This document shows, piece by piece, positions 7,690 to 17,510 of a DNA stretch of 64,000 bases (the first letter of the stretch is position 1; each line of letters opens with the position of its first letter). Both the position numbers and the translations under genes were made by a program. The notes below the pieces were generated by a model that was not told the DNA's origin, did no database searches, and saw only the letters and a list, made by a program, of their open reading frames with translations. This DNA is from Candidatus Bathyarchaeota archaeon (GTDB taxonomy: Archaea; Thermoproteota; Bathyarchaeia; TCS64; PIYN01), in assembly GCA_003601775.1 (NCBI GenBank), contig PIYN01000014.1:10479-74478 (forward strand), in the 5' to 3' direction.

Positions 7690-10600
7690 AGTGGGTCAGG
7701 AAGGTCCTGATCCTGGGGAGCGGGGCGATAAAGATCGGGGAGGCGGGAGAGTTCGACTACTCGGGGGCTCAGGCCATTAAGGCCCTGAAGGAGGAGGGGA
7801 TCGAGGTCGTCCTCGTGAACCCAAATATCGCGACGATCCAGACGGATGAGAGGTTCGTCGACAGAGTCTACTTCGTCCCCATCACCCCCGAGTTCGTCGA
7901 GGACGTCATAAGGGAGGAGCGCCCCGACGGCATCCTCCTGGGCTTCGGGGGGCAGACGGCCCTCAACTGCGGGGTGGAGCTCGACGAGAGGGGCGTCCTG
8001 GAGAGGTACGGCGTGGAGGTCCTCGGGACGGGGATCGAGTCCATAAGGATCGCCGACGACCGCGACCGCTTCAGGGAGACGATGCTGAAGAATGGGGTGC
8101 CCATCCCCAGGAGTGGAAAGGCGACGAGCGTGGAGGAAGCCGTCGAGGTCGCCGAGCGGATCGGGTACCCCGTGATGGTGAGGGTCTCCTACACCCTCGG
8201 GGGGAGAGGGACGGGAGTCGCTGAGGATGAGAGGGACCTGAGGTACCTCGCCTGGAGGGGCCTCGCCCAGAGCAGGATAGGGCAGATCCTCGTCGAGGAG
8301 TATCTGGGGAAGTGGAAGGAGGTCGAGTACGAGGTGATGAGGGACTCCGCAGACAACTGCACCATCGTCTGCAACATGGAGAACTTAGACCCCATGGGCA
8401 TCCACACAGGGGAGAGCATCGTCGTCGCCCCCTCCCAGACCCTGACGAACAGGGAGTACCACCTCCTCCGTTCGACGAGTTTCAAGGTCGTGAGGGCCCT
8501 CGGCATCGTGGGGGAGTGCAACATCCAGTTCGCCCTCGACCCCGACGGCGAGGAGTTCAAGGTCATAGAGGTGAACTCCCGCCTCTCCAGGAGCTCCGCC
8601 CTCGCCTCCAAGGCGACGGGCTATCCCATCGCCTATATCGCCGCGAAGCTCGCCATAGGCTACACCCTCCCGGAGCTCATGAACAAGGTCACGGGGGTCA
8701 CGACGGCCTGCTTCGAGCCGGCCCTCGACTACGTCGTCGTCAAGATCCCGAGGTGGGACTTCCAGAAGTTCAGGCGGGTGGACCGGGAGATCGGGACGCA
8801 GATGAAGTCCGTGGGGGAGGTCATGGCCATCGGGAGGAACTTCAAGGAGGCGATCCAGAAGGCCGTCAGGATGCTCAACATCGGACGGGAGCTGACGGAT
8901 GAGGGGGAGGAAGAGAGCGAGGCCAAGATCCTCTACATGCTCAAGCACCCGACGGACGAGCGCCTCTTCTACATCATCAAGGCCCTGAGAAGGGGGATGA
9001 CCCCTGAGGAGATCCACAGACTGACGGGGATCGACCCCTGGTTCCTCCACGAGCTCAAGGAGATAGTGGAGCTCCACGAGTCTCTGAAGAGGAGCCCCCT
9101 GACGCCGGGGCTCCTCAGGAGAGCTAAGCAGCTGGGCTTCTCTGACAGGAAGATCGGGGAGCTGACGGGGAGGAGTGAGGGGGAGGTGCGCGAGATGAGG
9201 CGGTCCCTCGGCATCACCCCCGTGGTGAAGCAGATCGACACGCTGGCCGCCGAGTGGCCAGCCGTGACCAACTACCTCTACATGACCTATAACGGCGACG
9301 AGGACGACATAGACTTCAGGCCGGAGAGGAAGGTCATCGTCCTCGGCTCCGGCTGCTACAGGATCGGCTCGAGCGTCGAGTTCGACTGGTGCTGCGTGAA
9401 CATGGCCTGGGCCCTGAAGGAGCGGGGGGTCGAGGAGGTGATCATGGTGAACTACAACCCTGAGACCGTCTCGACGGACTACGACGTCCTGGACAAGCTC
9501 TACTTCGAGGAGCTGACCCTGGAGAGGGTGTTGGATATCGTGGAGAAGGAGAGGCCCCTGGGCGTCGTCGTCAGTGTCGGGGGGCAGATCCCCAACAACC
9601 TGGCCCTCGGCCTTGCGAGGAACGGCGTGAGGATCCTCGGAACCTCGGCGGAGGACATCGACAGGGCAGAGGACCGGTCAAAGTTCAGCAGGCTCCTGGA
9701 CGACCTCGGGATCGAGCAGCCCCCTTGGAGCAGGCTGGAGGACCTAGAGAGCGCTAAAGCCTTCGCCCGGGAGATCGGCTACCCCGTCCTGATAAGGCCC
9801 TCCTACGTCCTCTCAGGCTCCGCGATGAGGGTCGTCTTCGACGAGGAGCACCTGGAGGAGGCGCTGAGGGAGGCGGCGAGGGTCTCGAAGGAGTACCCCG
9901 TCGTCGTCTCAAAGTTCATCTTAGGGGCCAGGGAGGTGGAGGTCGACGCCGTCTCCGATGGGGAGCACGTCTTCATCGGCGCGATCATCGAGCATGTGGA
10001 GAACGCCGGCGTCCACTCTGGCGACGCGACGATGTCCATACCCCCGCTCTCACTCCCCGAGGAGGTAAAGGAGGAGATCCGGCGCTGCACCAGGAGGATC
10101 GCGAGGAGCCTGAGGATCAGGGGCCCCTTCAACATCCAGTACCTCGTGAAGGATGGGCGGATCTACGTCATAGAGTGTAACCTCAGGGCCTCGAGGAGCA
10201 TGCCCTTCGTCTCCAAGACCGTGGGCGTCAACCTCATGGAGGTGGCCGCCGACGCCATCCTCGGCCGGGGGGTCGTGGATGGGGAGGGGGAGCCCAGGAG
10301 GTGGGGCGTCAAGACCCCCCAGTTCTCCTTCATGAGGCTCGAGGGGGCGGACCCCGTGACGGGGGTGGAGATGGTCTCTACGGGGGAGGTCGCCTGCTTC
10401 GGGGAGGACTTCGAGGAGGCCTTCCTGAAGTCCCTCATCGCCTCCGGCATAAAGATCCCCGAGGAGGGAGACCCCATCCTCATCACCGTCGGGGGGGAGA
10501 AGGACAGGATCATCCCCCTGGCGAGGAGGCTCGCCGAGGCCGGGTTCAGGCTCTACGCGACGGAGCACACGGGGGAGGCCCTCCGGCGGGAGGGGGTGCC

Positions 10601-10883
10601 CTGCGAGGTCCTGAGGAAGGTGAGTGAGCCCGGGGACCCGAACATACTGGATTACCTCATGGAGGGCAAGATCAAGATGGTCATAAACATCCACGGCCTG
10701 AACGACGGACCCCTCTCGAGGCAGATACTGGAGGACGAGTACCTCATCAGGAGGAGGGCCGTGGAGTTCGGGGTCCCCGTCATCACAAACCTGGAGCTGG
10801 CCGACGCCCTCACGAGGATTCTCGTTAGTCGGAGGGGGAAGAGGTTAATAAAAGAGGTGGGGCATACTTCTCCCCGTCGATAG
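7677..10883 (+). CDS. carB: carbamoyl-phosphate synthase large subunit
   Basis: 1068 aa with duplicated ATP-grasp halves (KVLILGSGAIKIGEAGEFDYSG ... KVIVLGSGCYRIGSSVEFDW) and a C-terminal MGS-like domain; overlaps the carA stop. Confidence 0.95.
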   Translation: MPRLEWVRKVLILGSGAIKIGEAGEFDYSGAQAIKALKEEGIEVVLVNPNIATIQTDERFVDRVYFVPITPEFVEDVIREERPDGILLGFGGQTALNCGVELDERGVLERYGVEVLGTGIESIRIADDRDRFRETMLKNGVPIPRSGKATSVEEAVEVAERIGYPVMVRVSYTLGGRGTGVAEDERDLRYLAWRGLAQSRIGQILVEEYLGKWKEVEYEVMRDSADNCTIVCNMENLDPMGIHTGESIVVAPSQTLTNREYHLLRSTSFKVVRALGIVGECNIQFALDPDGEEFKVIEVNSRLSRSSALASKATGYPIAYIAAKLAIGYTLPELMNKVTGVTTACFEPALDYVVVKIPRWDFQKFRRVDREIGTQMKSVGEVMAIGRNFKEAIQKAVRMLNIGRELTDEGEEESEAKILYMLKHPTDERLFYIIKALRRGMTPEEIHRLTGIDPWFLHELKEIVELHESLKRSPLTPGLLRRAKQLGFSDRKIGELTGRSEGEVREMRRSLGITPVVKQIDTLAAEWPAVTNYLYMTYNGDEDDIDFRPERKVIVLGSGCYRIGSSVEFDWCCVNMAWALKERGVEEVIMVNYNPETVSTDYDVLDKLYFEELTLERVLDIVEKERPLGVVVSVGGQIPNNLALGLARNGVRILGTSAEDIDRAEDRSKFSRLLDDLGIEQPPWSRLEDLESAKAFAREIGYPVLIRPSYVLSGSAMRVVFDEEHLEEALREAARVSKEYPVVVSKFILGAREVEVDAVSDGEHVFIGAIIEHVENAGVHSGDATMSIPPLSLPEEVKEEIRRCTRRIARSLRIRGPFNIQYLVKDGRIYVIECNLRASRSMPFVSKTVGVNLMEVAADAILGRGVVDGEGEPRRWGVKTPQFSFMRLEGADPVTGVEMVSTGEVACFGEDFEEAFLKSLIASGIKIPEEGDPILITVGGEKDRIIPLARRLAEAGFRLYATEHTGEALRREGVPCEVLRKVSEPGDPNILDYLMEGKIKMVINIHGLNDGPLSRQILEDEYLIRRRAVEFGVPVITNLELADALTRILVSRRGKRLIKEVGHTSPRR

Positions 10884-10898
10884 GGAGTTGCTCTGCGG

Positions 10899-11210
10899 AT
10901 GTCTCAGGTAAGGGAACTCCTCGAGATAGTGGAGAGGTCGATGCCCTTCCCCCCGAGGGTCATCGCCGGCTATAGCAGGCTCAGCCAGGTCTTCACGAGC
11001 GGGGACCTGGCCCGGGTCTGCGGGATCCCCCCCTCCACGGCGAAGTTCTACGTGAGGAAGATGGTCGCCCTCAGGATGGTGACGAAGATACCCAACAGGA
11101 AGAAGTACCAGAAGTACGCCAACGCCAAAGAGTTCTCCAGCTGGCTCAAGGACCTCATAAGGCTCGTCATCGTCCCCCTGGAGCGGGGGGAGATCGAAGT
11201 CCCGGAGTAG
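10899..11210 (+). CDS. small winged-helix (HTH) protein, putative transcriptional regulator
   Basis: 103 aa; predicted HTH SGDLARVCGIPPSTAKFYVRKMVALRMV; 15 nt after carB and upstream of the hjc/lon pair. Confidence 0.4.
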   Translation: MSQVRELLEIVERSMPFPPRVIAGYSRLSQVFTSGDLARVCGIPPSTAKFYVRKMVALRMVTKIPNRKKYQKYANAKEFSSWLKDLIRLVIVPLERGEIEVPE

Positions 11211-11272
11211 GCGACCCCGAGGCGCCGGAGTCCGGATTAACGGGGACCGGCTATATTTTTAATCCTCAGATG

Positions 11273-11288
11273 CCGTCTTTATAGACGG
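11273..11288 (+). promoter_or_regulatory. perfect palindrome CCGTCT-TTAT-AGACGG directly downstream of a TATA-like CTATATTTTTAAT box, immediately before the hjc start
   Basis: 6-bp inverted repeat with 4-nt spacer, read directly; in a position expected to overlap the transcription start (operator-like). Confidence 0.3.
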
Positions 11289-11290
11289 GG

Positions 11291-11752
11291 ATGTCGCTGA
11301 GGGATCTGGCCCGCGGGGGGAAGGGAGGCGGGAGGCCCTATAGGAGGTTCCTGACCGCGAAGGAGGTGAGGAGGATGAGGAAGAGGGGCTACGACGCCGA
11401 GCGTGAGATCGTGGGGAGGCTCCGCGAGGCCGGGTTCATGGCCGTGAGGATCCCCGTCAGCGCCCCGAGCAACGAGCCCCTCCCCGACGTCTTCGCCGTG
11501 AAGGGCGACAGGATCCTGGCGATAGAGGTCAAGAGCCAAGGGAGGTACGCCTACTTCAAGAAGAAGCAGGTGGAGAAACTCTTCCAATTCCTGGAGATCC
11601 ACAGGATCTACAGCAAGAGGATGGCCGTCCTCGCTGCCAAGTTCAAGTGGGCGGGCTGGTCCCTCATCATCGCCGATGAGCCCCGGGACTACTCCATAAA
11701 GCGGGGTGAGGGGCTGAGCTTCGAGGAGTTCCTGAGGAAGTGTCTCGAGTAA
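11291..11752 (+). CDS. hjc: Holliday junction resolvase Hjc (archaeal PD-(D/E)xK nuclease)
   Basis: Core KRGYDAEREIVGRLREAGFMAVRIPVS...PDVFAVKGDRILAIEVKS carries the Hjc catalytic D...E-x-K arrangement. There is a 28-aa basic N-terminal extension if the start at 11291 is used; an alternative start is ATG 11375. Confidence 0.8.
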   Translation: MSLRDLARGGKGGGRPYRRFLTAKEVRRMRKRGYDAEREIVGRLREAGFMAVRIPVSAPSNEPLPDVFAVKGDRILAIEVKSQGRYAYFKKKQVEKLFQFLEIHRIYSKRMAVLAAKFKWAGWSLIIADEPRDYSIKRGEGLSFEEFLRKCLE

Positions 11753-11779
11753 CCCCTCTGCTGGGGGAGATAATCTTTA

Positions 11780-14194
11780 TTGTGGGGGAAGGGGAGTAAT
11801 TCTTTGAATGAGATGGTCGAGGAGTTATCCTACCAGCAGGTGCGGAGGTTCTGCTCCTTCGACTTCGGCTGTGAGACGACGGAGGAGGTCCCGTCTCTCA
11901 AGGGGATCATCGGCCAAGAGCGGGCGGTGAAGGCCCTCCTCTTCGGCCTCAACATCAAGGAGAGGGGCTTCAACATCTACGTCTCGGGCTACCCAGGGAC
12001 GGGGAGGAGGACGGCCTGCCTGAGGTTCCTGGAGGAGATCGCCAGGGACAAGCCCACCCCCTCCGACTGGTGCTATGTATACAACTTCGACGACCCCCAC
12101 CACCCGAAGGCCCTGGAGCTCCCCCCTGGGAAGGGGAGGGAGTTCAGGGAGGATATGAGGGCCTTCATAGAGAACGTGGGGAGGGCCCTCTCAAAGGCCT
12201 TTGAGAGCGAGGAGTACGGGAAGAGGAGGGCCTCCATCCTTGAGGAGGTGAACAGGGAGCGGGCGGAGCTCTCCCGGAAGCTCTCCCTGACGGCGAAGCA
12301 GCAGGGCTTCCTCCTCCAAAGGACACAGATCGGGGTTCTCCTCGTCCCGGTCATGGAGGGGCGGCCACTCAAGGAGGAGGAGTTCGCGAGGCTCCCCGAG
12401 GAGGTGAAGAGGGAGATACAGAAGAGGAGGCGCTACCTGGAGGAGGAGCTGAGGACGACGATGAGGGCCTTCAGGGAGCTGGAGAAGAAGGCCGACGCCA
12501 GGATCCAAGAGCTGAACCGGGAGGTCGCCCTCTACGCCATGGAGCAGTTGATGAATGGGATGATGGAGAAGTACGGCGACATCGAGAGGGTGAAGGAGTA
12601 CCTCGAGGAGGTCCGGGAGGACATCGTCAAGAACCTCAGCCTCTTCCTCGGGAAGCAGGAGGAGAAGCCGACCCCCTTCCCCTTCTCCCAGATGGCCCCT
12701 CCGCCCATGAGGAGATATGAGGTTAACCTCATCGTCGACAACTCCAAGACGAAGGGCGCACCGGTGATCATGGAGCTCAACCCGACGTATCCGAACCTCT
12801 CTGGGAGCATAGAGAAAGAGGCGCGCTTCGGGGCCCTCGTCACGGACTTCACCATGATCAGGGGTGGGGCCCTTCACAGGGCGAACGGCGGCTACCTCGT
12901 GATGTATGCTGAGGACCTCCTCGCAAACCCCCTCTCCTGGGAGACGCTGAAGAGGGCTCTCATGAACGAGCAGATAACCATAGAGGACGTCACGGCGAGG
13001 CTGGGGCTGATCGCGACGAGGTCCCTGAGGCCTGAGCCCATACCCTTCACCGGGAAGGTCGTCCTCATAGGGAACCCAGCCCTCTACTACTTGCTCTACC
13101 AGTTCGACAGGGACTTCAAGGAGCTCTTCAAGGTGAAGGCGGACTTCGACGTGACCATGGACCGGAACGAGAAGAACCTCAGGGACTACGCCTCCTTCGT
13201 CTGCACCCTCTGCAGGAAGGAGGGGCTGAAGCATCTGGACGCCGAGGCGTTGAGGGAGGTCGTCGAGTACAGCTCCCGGCTGGCGGAGGACCAGATGAAG
13301 CTCTCCACCCGCTTTGCCGAGATCTCCGACATCATCAGGGAGGCCTCCTTCTACGCCGAGCAGGAGGGGGCGGATTACGTCTCGAGGAGGCATGTGAAGA
13401 GGGCCCTGGAGGAGAAGGTCTACAGGTCGAACCTGATCCAGGAGAAGATCAACGAGATGATCGCCCGTGGGCAGCTCTTCATAGACACGGACGGGGAGAA
13501 GGTGGGGCAGGTGAACGGCCTCGCCGTCATCAGCCTCGGGGACTTCGAGTTCGGGAAGCCCTCCAGGATCACGGCGACCGTGGCCGTGGGGAAGGAGGGG
13601 GTGATAGACATCGAGCGCGAGTCGGAGCTGGGGGGGAGGATCCACACGAAGGGGGTCCTCATCCTCAGCGGCTACCTCTCGGGGAGGTACGCCCAGAACG
13701 CCCCCCTCAGCCTCTCGGCGAGGCTCGTCTTCGAGCAGAGCTACACAGGCGTCGAGGGTGACAGCGCCTCCAGCGCCGAGCTCTACGCCCTCCTCTCCGC
13801 CCTCTCGGGGCTCCCCCTCAAGCAGTACATAGCCGTCACGGGCTCGGTGAACCAGAAGGGGGAGGTCCAGCCCATCGGGGGCGTCAACTCTAAGATCGAG
13901 GGCTTCTTCGAGGTCTGCAAGAAGAAGGGCCTGACGGGGAAGCAGGGGATCATGATCCCCTACAGCAACGTCCAGAACCTCATGCTGAAGGACGAGGTGG
14001 TGGAGGCCATAAGGGAGGGGAAGTTCCACATCTACCCCGTGAAGACCATAGACGAGGGGATCGAGATCCTCACGGGCGTGAAGGCCGGAGAGAGGAGGCC
14101 TGACGGGACCTACGAGGAGGGGACTGTGAACGACCTGGTCCAGAAGAGGCTCCTGAAGATGGCCGAGAGGCTCAAGGAGTACACCACACCCTAA
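11780..14194 (+). CDS. Lon-like protease (LonC/COG1067-type): AAA-like domain with degenerate Walker A, long coiled-coil insert, C-terminal Lon S16 protease domain
   Basis: 804 aa; the P-loop position reads GYPGTGRRT (Lys replaced by Arg). The Lon protease domain has catalytic Ser in GDSASSAE and Lys in IGGVNSKIEG. There is no transmembrane insertion, unlike archaeal LonB. Confidence 0.85.
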   Translation: MWGKGSNSLNEMVEELSYQQVRRFCSFDFGCETTEEVPSLKGIIGQERAVKALLFGLNIKERGFNIYVSGYPGTGRRTACLRFLEEIARDKPTPSDWCYVYNFDDPHHPKALELPPGKGREFREDMRAFIENVGRALSKAFESEEYGKRRASILEEVNRERAELSRKLSLTAKQQGFLLQRTQIGVLLVPVMEGRPLKEEEFARLPEEVKREIQKRRRYLEEELRTTMRAFRELEKKADARIQELNREVALYAMEQLMNGMMEKYGDIERVKEYLEEVREDIVKNLSLFLGKQEEKPTPFPFSQMAPPPMRRYEVNLIVDNSKTKGAPVIMELNPTYPNLSGSIEKEARFGALVTDFTMIRGGALHRANGGYLVMYAEDLLANPLSWETLKRALMNEQITIEDVTARLGLIATRSLRPEPIPFTGKVVLIGNPALYYLLYQFDRDFKELFKVKADFDVTMDRNEKNLRDYASFVCTLCRKEGLKHLDAEALREVVEYSSRLAEDQMKLSTRFAEISDIIREASFYAEQEGADYVSRRHVKRALEEKVYRSNLIQEKINEMIARGQLFIDTDGEKVGQVNGLAVISLGDFEFGKPSRITATVAVGKEGVIDIERESELGGRIHTKGVLILSGYLSGRYAQNAPLSLSARLVFEQSYTGVEGDSASSAELYALLSALSGLPLKQYIAVTGSVNQKGEVQPIGGVNSKIEGFFEVCKKKGLTGKQGIMIPYSNVQNLMLKDEVVEAIREGKFHIYPVKTIDEGIEILTGVKAGERRPDGTYEEGTVNDLVQKRLLKMAERLKEYTTP

Positions 14195-15130
<936 letters not shown>

Positions 15131-15209
15131 AGAACTCCCCCCACCCCAAGCAGGAGGAACATCCATAACTTTATCTCATCCTAACTGGAACTTCTGATGG
15201 GGACTCCAG

Positions 15210-16481
15210 ATGGGAATCTTCGAGATAGAGGCCGTGAAGGCGAGGGAGATCCTGGACTCGAGGGGAAACCCCACCGTCGAGGTCGAGGTCCACACTGGAG
15301 GAGGGGTCGTCGGAAGGGCGGCGGTCCCAAGCGGGAAGTCTCGGGGAAGATACGAAGCGGTGGAGCTGAGGGATGGGGGACGACGCTACCACGGGATGGG
15401 CGTCCTCAACGCCGTGAGGAACGTGAACGAGGTCATAGGACCGAGGCTGAGGGGGATGGACGTCAGAGACCAGAGAGCCATCGATGAGACGATGATCCAA
15501 CTCGACGGGACGGAGAACAAGTCGAGGCTCGGCGCCAACGCGATCCTCGGCGTCTCCCTGGCCGCCGCTAAGGCCGCCTCCGCCGCCGAGGGCCTCCCCC
15601 TCTACCTCCACCTCGGCGGGGAAGGGGCGAAACTCCTCCCCATACCCTTCATGAACATCATAAACGGGGGGGAGCACGCCGGGAACGACCTCGACTTCCA
15701 GGAGCATATGGTGATCCCGCTGGGTGCGCGGAGCTTCTCCGAGGCGCTGAGGATCGGCGTCGAGGTCTACCAGGAGCTGAGGGCGATCCTCGTGAGGAGG
15801 TATGGGCGGGCCGCCGTGAACGTCGGGGATGAGGGGGGCTTCACCCCACCGATGAAGAGCTCTTCGGAGGCGCTGGAGGCGATCATGGAGGCCGTGGAGG
15901 AGATGGGGTATGAAGGGGAGTGCTCCCTTGGCTTGGATGTGGCGGCCTCCTCCCTCTACAGGGAGGGGAAGGGGTACCTGGTTGAGGGGAGGTACCTGAG
16001 CCGGGGGGAGCTCATCCAGCTCTACAGGGACTTGGCGGATGCGTATCCCATCGTCTCCATCGAGGACCCCTTGGAGGAGGGGGACTTCGAGGGCTTCGCC
16101 CAGGTGACGCGGGAGATGAGGAGCGTCCAGATCGTGGGGGACGACCTCTTCGCGACCAACGTTGGGAGGCTGAGGATGGGGATTGAGAGGGGGGCGGCGA
16201 ACTGCCTCCTCTGGAAGGTCAACCAGGTTGGGACCCTCACGGAGGCGCTGGAGGCGGCGGACCTCGCGAAGGAAAACGGCTACGCCGTCCAAGTCTCCCA
16301 CAGGTCTGGTGATACAGAGGACACCTTCGTCGCGGACCTCGCCGTCGGGATCTCCTCCGGCCAGATAAAGACGGGGGCGCCCTGCAGGGGGGAGAGGACG
16401 GCGAAGTACAATAGGCTCCTGAGGATCGAGGAGGAGCTGGGCGGCAGGGCGAGGTACCCCAGGGGGCTGAGGACCCCCTGA
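15210..16481 (+). CDS. eno: enolase (phosphopyruvate hydratase)
   Basis: N-terminal EIEAVKAREILDSRGNPTVEVEV and the enolase signature ...SHRSGDTEDTFVADLAV; 423 aa. Confidence 0.95.
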   Translation: MGIFEIEAVKAREILDSRGNPTVEVEVHTGGGVVGRAAVPSGKSRGRYEAVELRDGGRRYHGMGVLNAVRNVNEVIGPRLRGMDVRDQRAIDETMIQLDGTENKSRLGANAILGVSLAAAKAASAAEGLPLYLHLGGEGAKLLPIPFMNIINGGEHAGNDLDFQEHMVIPLGARSFSEALRIGVEVYQELRAILVRRYGRAAVNVGDEGGFTPPMKSSSEALEAIMEAVEEMGYEGECSLGLDVAASSLYREGKGYLVEGRYLSRGELIQLYRDLADAYPIVSIEDPLEEGDFEGFAQVTREMRSVQIVGDDLFATNVGRLRMGIERGAANCLLWKVNQVGTLTEALEAADLAKENGYAVQVSHRSGDTEDTFVADLAVGISSGQIKTGAPCRGERTAKYNRLLRIEEELGGRARYPRGLRTP

Positions 16482-16542
16482 GTTAAGGGATATATAGGAG
16501 TTCCCCAGGTAGGTTACTGTCCATCGATGAGGAGGGACCGGG

Positions 16543-17286
16543 TTGAGGAATGAGTTGAAGAGGAGGCTCAAGGCCGGGGAGAGGACCCTCGGCCTCTGGA
16601 TGAGCATCGAGAGCCCCATCGTCTCGGAGCTCCTCTCCGGGCTCGGCTTCGACTGGTTCGTCTTCGATCTGGAGCACAGCCCCCTGGACGTCTACACCGC
16701 CCAGACCCTGATGCAGGCGATGAGGGAGGAGACGACGCCCATCATCCGCGTCGCATGGAACGACCCCGTACTCATCAAGTTGGCGCTGGACGTCGGGACC
16801 TATGGCGTCGTCATCCCCTGGGTGAATAACAGGGAGGAGGCGAGGAGGGCCGTCGAGGCCTGTAAGTACCCCCCAGAGGGCATAAGGGGGTGCGGCCCGA
16901 GGAGGTCCGCCCTCTTCGACCCCGAGTACTTCGAGACGGCGAACGAGGAGATCCTCGTCATCGCCCAGATAGAGACGAGGGAGGCGGTGGAGAACATCGA
17001 GGAGATCGCCTCAGTGGACGGCATAGACGTCTTCTTCATAGGGCCCTACGACCTCTCGGCCTCCTACGGACATCTCGGCAGGCTCGAGGCCCCGCCCGTG
17101 CAGAGGGCCATAGAGAGGGTGTTGGAGGTCGCGAAGGAGGCGGAGGTCGCCCCTGGCATCTACGGGGGAGGAGGGAAGACACCGAGGGAGCGCTACGACG
17201 AGGGATTCCAGTTCATAGCCCTCGGAGAGGATCTGGATCTGCTTAGACGTGGGGCCAGGGAGGTGCTCAGGCCCTTCAGGGAGTAG
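16543..17286 (+). CDS. HpcH/HpaI family 2-keto-3-deoxy-acid aldolase
   Basis: 247 aa; TIM-barrel aldolase pattern (LGLWMSIESPIVSELL...VFDLEHSP...AQIETREAVENIEEIASVDGIDVFFIGPYDLS) typical of HpcH/HpaI/KDR aldolases. Confidence 0.75.
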   Translation: MRNELKRRLKAGERTLGLWMSIESPIVSELLSGLGFDWFVFDLEHSPLDVYTAQTLMQAMREETTPIIRVAWNDPVLIKLALDVGTYGVVIPWVNNREEARRAVEACKYPPEGIRGCGPRRSALFDPEYFETANEEILVIAQIETREAVENIEEIASVDGIDVFFIGPYDLSASYGHLGRLEAPPVQRAIERVLEVAKEAEVAPGIYGGGGKTPRERYDEGFQFIALGEDLDLLRRGAREVLRPFRE

Positions 17287-17302
17287 TTCAGGAGGAGCTA
17301 TC

Positions 17303-17503
17303 ATGCCCCGGAGGAAGAAGAACCTCTGCCCCAACTGCGGGACCGAGGTGAAGGAGCCCTACAAGACCTGGCAGCTCATCGCCCCCTTCCCGGATAAGAA
17401 GGGGAGGATCACCATCACCTCGATGGGGATGTACGAGTGCCCCAAGTGCGGGAAGAAGTTCAGGGGCGTGGTGGGAAAAATTAAGCTGGGCGTAGAGGAG
17501 TAG
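17303..17503 (+). CDS. small basic zinc-ribbon protein (CPNCG...CPKCG), possibly Elf1-like
   Basis: 66 aa from the ATG at 17303, which is preceded by GGAGG; basic N-terminus MPRRKK then C4 zinc ribbon. Confidence 0.45.
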   Translation: MPRRKKNLCPNCGTEVKEPYKTWQLIAPFPDKKGRITITSMGMYECPKCGKKFRGVVGKIKLGVEE

Positions 17504-17510
17504 GAGCCTC

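Noticed and set aside
261-10883. Inteins in RadA or CarB, and likewise in the Lon-like protease at 11780..14194
   Set aside because: Protein lengths are normal and no insertion interrupts conserved motifs.
12191-14029. 612-aa minus-strand ORF antisense to the Lon-like protease gene
   Set aside because: Mirror-frame artefact of high GC; no motifs, and the sense gene is strongly supported.
15171-16619. 482-aa minus-strand ORF antisense to enolase
   Set aside because: Same high-GC antisense artefact; enolase on the plus strand is unambiguous.
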